A stretch of 64,000 bases of DNA from a bacterium (GTDB lineage: Bacteria > Acidobacteriota > Blastocatellia > HR10): the NCBI GenBank assembly GCA_041640655.1, contig JBEPZV010000003.1, positions 90,369 to 154,368 of the forward strand, read 5' to 3'. The stretch's first letter is position 1, and the number at the start of each line of letters is the position of its first letter. The notes below the pieces were generated by a model. The model did not search any database and was not told where the DNA came from. It was given only the letters and a program-made list of their open reading frames with translations. Below are positions 49,949-57,443 of the stretch, one piece after another. Made by a program: the position numbers and the translations under genes.

Positions 49949-51007
49949 TCAGGTCTCATCCTTCGCCCGCTCTTCCAGGACGAGCCGGCGGAGCGCTTCC
50001 AATTGCTCGCTGAGCGCCGCGACCATGTGTCGGAGGTGGGGTAAGCGACTCAGGTGCGCATATTGTTCTTTGAACTCGCGCATGGGGCGGGCCGGCGTGC
50101 CCCAGACGAATTCTCCCGCGCGAATGTGCTTGCCCGAGGGAATGCCCGCTTGCGCGCCGATGATCGCGCCACGCCCAATGCGCACGTGGTCGGCGATGCC
50201 CACCTGGCCGCCGATCTGCACGCCTCGCTCGATATGAGCGCTTCCGGCAATCCCCGTCTGCGCGGCGATCACCGTATCCTCTTCGATCGTCACATTGTGC
50301 GCGATTTGCACGAGGTTATCAATCTTCACGCCCCGACCAATGCGCGTGGCGCCCAGCGTCCCCCGATCAATGCAGACGCCCGCGCCGATCTCCACATCAT
50401 CCTCGATGATCACGCTCCCGACCTGGGGGAACTTCCGATAGCGTCCTTCGACGAGGAAGTATCCGAAGCCGTCGCTCCCGATGACGCTGCCGCTATGGAT
50501 GATGACGCGCGCGCCGATGCGCACGTCGGGATAGATCGTCACGTGCGGATGGATGAGCGTGTCTTCGCCGATCTCCACGCGCGCGCCGATATAGACGCCG
50601 GCGCCGATCACCGTGCGCGCGCCGATGCGCGCCTCGCGTTCCAGGACGGCGTAGGGGCCGATGCTCACCTCCTCGCCGAGGATGACCCCTTCGCCGAGGA
50701 TCGCCGTCGGATGAACGCCCGGCATCGGACGCGGGCGTGGGTGAAAGAGAAGGATCACATCGGCGAAGGCGCGACGGGGATGGGCGACTTCGATGAGTGT
50801 CCGGCCGGGCAGGCGGAATCCTTCCGGCACGATGAGGCATCCGGCGCGCGAGCGCTCCGCGTGTGGGCGATGCCCCTCAGATTCCACAAAGGCGATCTCT
50901 CGTTCGGTCGCCGTCGTCAAACTCGCTACGCCCATGATCTCTCGCTCGGGTTCGCCGATGAGGCGACCGCCGACGAGTTCGGCGATCTCACGGGCCGTCC
51001 TTCGCAT
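49949..51007 (-). CDS. lpxD: UDP-3-O-acylglucosamine N-acyltransferase LpxD
   Basis: IGSDGFGY, PQVG.V, IDRGT, KIDNLVQIAHN, hexapeptide repeats. Confidence 0.96.
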   Translation of the reverse strand: MRRTAREIAELVGGRLIGEPEREIMGVASLTTATEREIAFVESEGHRPHAERSRAGCLIVPEGFRLPGRTLIEVAHPRRAFADVILLFHPRPRPMPGVHPTAILGEGVILGEEVSIGPYAVLEREARIGARTVIGAGVYIGARVEIGEDTLIHPHVTIYPDVRIGARVIIHSGSVIGSDGFGYFLVEGRYRKFPQVGSVIIEDDVEIGAGVCIDRGTLGATRIGRGVKIDNLVQIAHNVTIEEDTVIAAQTGIAGSAHIERGVQIGGQVGIADHVRIGRGAIIGAQAGIPSGKHIRAGEFVWGTPARPMREFKEQYAHLSRLPHLRHMVAALSEQLEALRRLVLEERAKDET

Positions 51008-51030
51008 GGCTCCTCTCCGTCCGAAAAAGC

Positions 51031-51636
51031 TCAAGACCCCCGGGGCGCGTCCCGGAGGCTCCGTTCGGCGTCGCGCCCGCGCCAGAGGAGGACGACGAGC
51101 ACCGCACCCAGGATCTTTCCGCCCAAGTCCCACTGCAGATCGTTCGGGCAATCGTGCGGGCTCCAAATGCGCCGACCGCCGAAATACCGCTCGTCCCACA
51201 GCTCGATGATCTCATAGATCGCAGCGGCTGAGAAACTGAGCGAGACGGCGAGCGTCGCGATCCATCCCCGCGAGAGGGTGATGCCCTGCCGATGCATGAT
51301 CTGTCCGAAGGCCCAGATGAAGGCCGGGACGGTCAAGGCTGATCCCATCATGTGTGCGAACTCATCGTACTGCACCGGACCAAATGGGCGCCCGTACATG
51401 TGGAAGTGATTGCCGAGCAAATCCACCTGCACGGCCAGAAAGAGCGATCCGAGGACCCACCACGGGACGCGCACCCCCCATCCCCTCTGCGCGTAGACCG
51501 ATCCGGCAGCCAGAAGAGCGAGCGTGAGCAGCGTGCCCGGAAGCCACTGCGTATAGGCGAGCTTGAGCAGAAAGAACGCGACGCCCGCCCCGAAAGCGCC
51601 GCTGAGTATCCCGTGTCCCAGGCGCGCCCGCATCAT
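51031..51636 (-). CDS. Membrane protein, DUF2238-like
   Basis: Multiple TMs with YDEFAH, YEIIE and D..NDL motifs. Confidence 0.6.
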   Translation of the reverse strand: MMRARLGHGILSGAFGAGVAFFLLKLAYTQWLPGTLLTLALLAAGSVYAQRGWGVRVPWWVLGSLFLAVQVDLLGNHFHMYGRPFGPVQYDEFAHMMGSALTVPAFIWAFGQIMHRQGITLSRGWIATLAVSLSFSAAAIYEIIELWDERYFGGRRIWSPHDCPNDLQWDLGGKILGAVLVVLLWRGRDAERSLRDAPRGS

Positions 51637-51644
51637 CTTCAGTG

Positions 51645-52835
51645 TCACACGGCGATCGCGCCCGAGGGCTTCATATCGGCAGAGCTTTCGCTCGGCTCGC
51701 CGCCCACCGATGCCTCGAGCGCCCATTCGGCCTCCTGGCGCACGAAGGGATGGGCATCCCGGCGCGCTCGCTCCAGGATCGCGCGCGACCCGGCGGGATC
51801 GAGCACGCTGAGCGCCCACAGGGCATGCCCACGAATGATCTCGTCCGGATCTTCACGAGCCAGGCGTCGCAGTTGCGGGATCGCTGCCTCGTAACCCGTA
51901 TTGGCGGCGACGATGGCCGCGTTGCGGAGCAAACCTCGACGCTTGGCCCGTCGCAGCGCTGTGCCGCGAAATCGCTGGCGAAACGCCTCGTCCGAAGCCA
52001 TGGCGAGCACGTCCGCGAGGGCGAGCGTCTTGCCCACACCCGCCTCCGGATGGAACTCCGGCCAATCGGTGATCGGCACGCGCGCATTATGCGGACAGAC
52101 CTCCTGACAGACATCGCAGCCGAAGAGCCAATCCCCGAGCTTGGGCCGCAACGCGCGCGGGATCGCGCCCCGATTCTCAATCGTGTGATAGGAGATGCAG
52201 AGGCGCGCGTCCACCAGCCCATCGGGACGAAGAGCGCCGGTCGGGCAGTCGCGGTGGCAATCGAACGTGCTCAAGCACGCGCGTGTCTCCGGGAGATCCG
52301 GCGCCAGCTCCACATCGAGCAAGATCTCGCTCAGGAACACCCACGAGCCGAAAGCCTCTGTAATGAGGCAAGCGTTCCACCCGATGCGCCCCAGGCCGGC
52401 GCGGCGCGCCAGTGCGCGTTCCAGCAGTGGCACGGCATCGGTGAAACAGCGGGCGCGCACCGGACGCCTCAAGAGCTGTTCGATCTCGGCCACCAGTTGC
52501 CGGAGCCGCGCCGGGATGACATCATGATAGTCGCGTCCCCACGCGTAGCGCGCGATGCGCCCATGCCCGCGCGGAAGCGCATCGAACTCGCCGCTGTAAT
52601 AATTCACCACGAGCACGAGGACCGTTCGGGCTTCCGGCCATACTCGCGCGGGATGCGCGCGCTGCCCGGCACTCATCTGCATGTACTGCAGATCGGCGGC
52701 CAATCCCTCGCGAAGCCAGTGGTGATACCGCGCTTCGGCCTCTTCCAGCGGACGGACATCGGTAATGCCCACGCCATGAAAGCCCAGGGCGCGGGCTCGC
52801 TCTTTGATCTCGCGCGTGAGTCGTTCGAGCGGCAT
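51645..52835 (-). CDS. queG: Epoxyqueuosine reductase QueG with HEAT-repeat tail
   Basis: IARYAWGRDYH, LERALA.RAGLG, CISYHTIE, FGCDVCQEVCP, LRNAAI. Confidence 0.93.
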   Translation of the reverse strand: MPLERLTREIKERARALGFHGVGITDVRPLEEAEARYHHWLREGLAADLQYMQMSAGQRAHPARVWPEARTVLVLVVNYYSGEFDALPRGHGRIARYAWGRDYHDVIPARLRQLVAEIEQLLRRPVRARCFTDAVPLLERALARRAGLGRIGWNACLITEAFGSWVFLSEILLDVELAPDLPETRACLSTFDCHRDCPTGALRPDGLVDARLCISYHTIENRGAIPRALRPKLGDWLFGCDVCQEVCPHNARVPITDWPEFHPEAGVGKTLALADVLAMASDEAFRQRFRGTALRRAKRRGLLRNAAIVAANTGYEAAIPQLRRLAREDPDEIIRGHALWALSVLDPAGSRAILERARRDAHPFVRQEAEWALEASVGGEPSESSADMKPSGAIAV

Positions 52836-52848
52836 CCGCGAAGACTCC

Positions 52849-53262
52849 TCACGAGGACTCCGCGTGCGAAGCCTCGTTCGGGGCTCTCCCACTTTCGGCC
52901 AAGACGCGCCGCGCGATGGTCAGCCCCTCCCAGCAGGCCGGGAATCCCGCATACGGCGCGATGTGCAGGAGTGTTTCCAGGATCTCCCGCTCGCTCGCCC
53001 CGTTGCGCAGGGCCATGCGGATGTTCAATTCCAGCGCTTGCGGACGCCCCAGCGCCGTGAGCGCGGCGATCGTCACCAGGCTCTTGCTCTTTCGATCCAA
53101 GCCGGGTCGGCTCCAGATCTCCCCGGCGAGGAAGTCAAGCACGTACTGCTCGAAATCGGGCGAGAGGCGGCGCCAAGTGGCGCGCACCTGTTCGGCCATC
53201 TCCGGACCGAGCATCTCTTGAAGCACGTGGTACCCGCGCTCCCGCCGTTCACTTGTCTCCAT
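52849..53262 (-). CDS. Carboxymuconolactone decarboxylase family protein
   Basis: GEIWSRPGLD..KSLVTI.AL, EI.E.LLH.APYAGFP. Confidence 0.88.
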   Translation of the reverse strand: METSERRERGYHVLQEMLGPEMAEQVRATWRRLSPDFEQYVLDFLAGEIWSRPGLDRKSKSLVTIAALTALGRPQALELNIRMALRNGASEREILETLLHIAPYAGFPACWEGLTIARRVLAESGRAPNEASHAESS

Positions 53263-53467
53263 CTCGTGCCCTCCCTGCCGCATGCTTTCGGCACCCTGAC
53301 GGCGTCAATTGTACCAGAGCGCAGGGGCCGGGAGAGAGGGCGCGCGCCCTCTGCTAGTCAGAAGCCCCTGGATCGGGTATACTGAGAGGGCCGCCGAAGG
53401 GGTTTCTCAGATCGCCTTGCACGTTCTCGAGGAACTTCGGCGTGAATTCGCCGGTCAGGGGAGGAAG

Positions 53468-54745
53468 ATGAGCCCAGGGGAGCAGATCCCACATGCGGCG
53501 GAGGTCGAGCAGACGCTTCGGGAGATCGGGCGCGCGGATTTGGTCGTGGGCATTCCGAGCTACAACAATGCGCGGACCATCGGGCACGTCGTGCGCGCCG
53601 TGATGGCCGGGCTGGCGAAGTACTTCTCGGATCAAGCGGCCGTGATCATCAATTCCGACGGGGGGTCGAAGGATGGAACGCCGGAGGTCGTGCGACAAGC
53701 TGCCCTCGGGGATTACCGCACGGTGTTGGCGACCCATCCGTTGCGTCCGATCCATCGGCTGACGACACCCTATCATGGCGTGCCCGGTAAGGGCAGCGCC
53801 CTGCGCCTGGTCTTCGAGATCGCCGTGCGCCTTCAGGCGCGCGCGTGCGCCGTCGTGGATGCTGATCTGCGGAGCATCACCCCCGAGTGGATGGATTTGC
53901 TCCTCAGCCCCATCCTCCGCGAAGGCTTCGACTTCGTCGCGCCCCTCTATCGGCGGCATAAATACGACGGGACGATCACCAACTCCATCGTCTACCCCCT
54001 CACGCGCGCCCTCTACGGCAAGCGCGTGCGCCAGCCGATCGGCGGCGATTTCGGCTTCTCCGGACGGCTGGCCGCGCATTACCTCGCTCAAGACGTTTGG
54101 CATACGGATGTGGCGCGCTTCGGCATTGACATCTGGATGACCACGACGGCGATCACCGGCGGATTTCGCGTGTGCCAAGCCTTCTTGGGGGCGAAGATTC
54201 ATGACGCCAAGGATCCGGGCGTGGACCTGAGCGGTATGCTCATGCAAGTCGTCGGCTCGGTGTTCGACCTGATGGAGTCGAACTATCCCATCTGGTCGAA
54301 GGTGCAGGGATCGGAACCGGTGCCCGTCTTCGGCCTGGAGTACGAAGTGGGGCTGGAGCCGATTCGCGTCAATGTCGCGCGCATGCTCGGCATCTTTCGC
54401 CTTGGTGCCGAGGAATTGGGTGACTTGTGGCAGAAGATCCTCTCGCCCGCGACTTTTCAGGCCGTTCGGCACATCGCCGGATCCCCTGATGCGGATTTTC
54501 GCTTCCCCCCGGACGTGTGGGTCTCGGTCATCTACGATTTCGCTCTGGCGTTCCATCGGCGGGTGATTCATCGGGATCACTTGTTGCAAGCCCTGGTGCC
54601 CCTCTATCTCGGGCGCACGGCCTCGTTCGTCTTGGAGACGCCTGAGAGTACGGCCGATGAGGTCGAGGCCGTGATCGAGGAGTTGTGCCTTCAGTTCGAG
54701 CGCCAGAAGCCGGATCTGGTCGCGCGGTGGGAGGGCGAAGGATGA
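53468..54745 (+). CDS. GT-A glycosyltransferase, glucosylglycerate synthase (Ggs)-like
   Basis: VGIPSYNNA.TI, DGGS.DGT, GKGSA, DADLRSITPEW, RHKYDGTITN, RQPIGGDF, FGIDIWMTT. Confidence 0.75.
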   Translation: MSPGEQIPHAAEVEQTLREIGRADLVVGIPSYNNARTIGHVVRAVMAGLAKYFSDQAAVIINSDGGSKDGTPEVVRQAALGDYRTVLATHPLRPIHRLTTPYHGVPGKGSALRLVFEIAVRLQARACAVVDADLRSITPEWMDLLLSPILREGFDFVAPLYRRHKYDGTITNSIVYPLTRALYGKRVRQPIGGDFGFSGRLAAHYLAQDVWHTDVARFGIDIWMTTTAITGGFRVCQAFLGAKIHDAKDPGVDLSGMLMQVVGSVFDLMESNYPIWSKVQGSEPVPVFGLEYEVGLEPIRVNVARMLGIFRLGAEELGDLWQKILSPATFQAVRHIAGSPDADFRFPPDVWVSVIYDFALAFHRRVIHRDHLLQALVPLYLGRTASFVLETPESTADEVEAVIEELCLQFERQKPDLVARWEGEG

Positions 54746-54875
54746 CCGGAGCACTCTCGCGGGACGCTGCGGCCGCCGACTCGCACGCGACGGTGGGGGA
54801 TGCTCGCGGGATGACTCTGAGACTCTCTCGGCGGTGGCGTGATCGCCGAGGAGGAGGTCACGGAGGAGGAGAATT

Positions 54876-55580
54876 ATGTTCGAGGCCTTGAGAACAGTCG
54901 TCGTGGGGACATTCCAACGCTTCGGGGAACGCGCGCTCGCTTTCCTCCCGAATGTTCTCGCCATGCTCATTCTCATCCTCGCCGGATGGGCCATCGCGGC
55001 CATCATCCGGTCGCTGCTCGGGCGGGCGCTGCGGGCTCTTCGCTTCGATCGCTGGTGCGAGGAGATGGGGATCACGCAGGTCCTGCGGCGGGCCGAGATT
55101 CGGCACGCGCCTTCACATCTGCTGACGCGCGCGCTCTTTTGGCTCGTTTTGCTCGTCTTCCTCGTCGTGGGGTTGCACTCGCTGGAGATCGCCCTTGTGA
55201 ATCGCGCGTTGGCCGCGATCTTCGGATATATTCCGCGCATCATCGCGGCACTGCTCATCCTCCTTGGGGGATTCTTGTTGGCGAATTTCCTGGCGCGCGC
55301 CGTGCTGCTGGCCGCCGTCAATGCGCATCTGGCCTCGGCGCGCCTGTTGGCCGGAGGCGTGCGCGTCCTCATCGTCGCCATCGCCCTGGCGATGGCGCTG
55401 GAGCAATTGGCGCTGGCCGCGCACATCGTCATCGCCGCGTTCTCCATCTTCTTCGGCGGCGTGACGCTGGCGCTGGCGATCGCCTTCGGCCTGGCCGGCC
55501 GCGATCTGGCGCGCGATGTCCTGCGCCGACAGTTTGCGCCTCAGCGCGAGGAGACCCCGGATGAGCTGTCACATCTCTGA
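54876..55580 (+). CDS. TM-helix repeat membrane protein (CmpX/MscS-TM-like)
   Basis: Two F/Y-LP..AA.LIL..G repeats; LALAIAFGLAGRD.A. Confidence 0.8.
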   Translation: MFEALRTVVVGTFQRFGERALAFLPNVLAMLILILAGWAIAAIIRSLLGRALRALRFDRWCEEMGITQVLRRAEIRHAPSHLLTRALFWLVLLVFLVVGLHSLEIALVNRALAAIFGYIPRIIAALLILLGGFLLANFLARAVLLAAVNAHLASARLLAGGVRVLIVAIALAMALEQLALAAHIVIAAFSIFFGGVTLALAIAFGLAGRDLARDVLRRQFAPQREETPDELSHL

Positions 55581-55606
55581 AAGCTCTCGCCGCGTCCGGG
55601 CGCGCT

Positions 55607-56686
55607 TCAGGAGACCTCCGAGGGCGCTTCCGGCGCGCGCGAGGGAATAAGCTTTCGTCGGAAGATCTCCACAAGCGCCAGGGCGACGCTCAGCAGAACC
55701 GGCCCCATCACGATGCCCACGAACCCGAAGACCTTCACGCCGCCAAGCACGCTGAAGAAGATGAGCAGCACGGGCAGGCGCGTCCGCCCGCCGATCACCC
55801 AAGGACGAAGGAAGTTATCCACCGTGCTGATGAGCAGTGCCCCCCACAGGAGCAGGAAGAGCCCCTTCCCCCAACTCCCTTGCGCGATCAGGACGATCGC
55901 GGCCGGAACCCAGATGATGGCAGCTCCGACAACGGGCAGGAATGAGAAGAAGAACATCGTCGCTCCCCAGATCAGTGGCGAAGGCAGCCCGACGATCCAG
56001 AAGGCGATCCCCCCCAGACTCCCTTGAGCCACCGCGACGGCGAGGCCGCCGTAGAGCGTCGCGTGGATCGTCTCTTGCATGCGCCGGAAGACCTCATCGG
56101 CCTCCGATTCCGGCAGAGGAATGGCCCGTTTGAGCTTCGCCATGAGCGCCGGCCCATCTCGAAAGAGAAAGTACGCGGTGAAGATCACCAACCCCATGTT
56201 GAAGATGAACGAGGAGAACTGCCTGACCACTTCCGCGGAACGGGCGGCCAGATAGCCGGAAAGGCGCTGCAGATTGCTCAAGATGAACGCGCGAAGGTCC
56301 AGCGCCGAGAGGTCGGCATATTGCGCGAGCCAGCTCAGCGAGCGCTCCAGCAGGGGATTTTGTCCCAGGCGAAGCGTCCACGTGCCGGAAGCGAACCGCT
56401 CCTCGACGAGCCGATAGGCGGCGATGAGTTCTCCGACCAATCCCATCACGATCAGCGTAGCCGGGGTGATCACGACGATCAACATCAGCAGGCAGGAGAG
56501 CAGCGCGGCTATATCCGCCTGCCGCACCCATGCGGCCAAGCGCCGGTGAATCGGATGGAAGATGATCACCAAGACGATGGCCCAGACGATCGCCGAGAGG
56601 AAGGGGACGATCATCTGAAAGATGAGGTACCCGATCCCGAGGATGAGGGCGATGAGGAAGGCGATCTGGACGGTCTCCCGCTTCAT
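55607..56686 (-). CDS. AI-2E family transporter
   Basis: F.PIHR.L, LPVVGAAIIWVP, DNFLRP, GG...FGFVGIVMGP. Confidence 0.9.
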   Translation of the reverse strand: MKRETVQIAFLIALILGIGYLIFQMIVPFLSAIVWAIVLVIIFHPIHRRLAAWVRQADIAALLSCLLMLIVVITPATLIVMGLVGELIAAYRLVEERFASGTWTLRLGQNPLLERSLSWLAQYADLSALDLRAFILSNLQRLSGYLAARSAEVVRQFSSFIFNMGLVIFTAYFLFRDGPALMAKLKRAIPLPESEADEVFRRMQETIHATLYGGLAVAVAQGSLGGIAFWIVGLPSPLIWGATMFFFSFLPVVGAAIIWVPAAIVLIAQGSWGKGLFLLLWGALLISTVDNFLRPWVIGGRTRLPVLLIFFSVLGGVKVFGFVGIVMGPVLLSVALALVEIFRRKLIPSRAPEAPSEVS

Positions 56687-57222
56687 CCCGTGTGGGCGTC
56701 CAAGGGCAAAGCCGCCAGGATGTGGCGCACGTCAAAGGGAGACTCCAACCGCAGAATGCGGGTCCGCCCCTCGGCCAGGTCCACGATGAGGTCTTCGACG
56801 AGCAGATCAATGGCGCGTTGAAACGCCCGATCCGTCGAGCGCACGCCATCGGGGATGAGCCATTCGTCCACGAGCGGGACTTTCACCAGGAGCGTGTACG
56901 TGCCGATCCACTCCTTGATGAGGGCATCCAGGTGCAGGCGCCGTCCGAACTTGTGGCAGTAGTAGGCATAATTGTCCAACACGGAGCGGTCGCAGACGAC
57001 GGCATCCGCGCGAACGGACGCCTCCAGTTCGGCCACGATGTGGCGATGCAGGATCCAGAGTTGCCCCGCTTCGGACGTCGCCTCATTGATCGGAAAGGGA
57101 CTGCGCCGGGCCATCTCGACGACCAATTCCACTCGTCGCCCTCGCTTCTGCAACTCCGTGCAGAGGGAGAAGGCGAGCGCCGTCTTCCCGCATCCGTGCG
57201 AGCCGATGATCGCGATCTTCAT
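56683..57222 (-). CDS. P-loop NTPase, AAA_28/NadR-kinase-like
   Basis: GSHGCGKT Walker A, VCDRS.LD..AY, DGVRS. Confidence 0.8.
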   Translation of the reverse strand: MKIAIIGSHGCGKTALAFSLCTELQKRGRRVELVVEMARRSPFPINEATSEAGQLWILHRHIVAELEASVRADAVVCDRSVLDNYAYYCHKFGRRLHLDALIKEWIGTYTLLVKVPLVDEWLIPDGVRSTDRAFQRAIDLLVEDLIVDLAEGRTRILRLESPFDVRHILAALPLDAHTG

Positions 57223-57443
57223 ACACGCGATAGCATACAGAGCCACCCCCTTCTTGACAATGCGCGAAGGGGTGGGCTAGAAAGATTCCGTCTTCCGAAA
57301 GGGGAGTCAAGCCGTGCTGAAAGGGCGTGCGTGTCCTCTGGCAGTGTTGGTGCAGTGGGGCGACGGGCGTTTCGAGCACTCGGACCCCTTCGGAATGACC
57401 CCCCGCTCTTCACACGGGAGGAGTTCCTCAACGGAGGTGAGCG

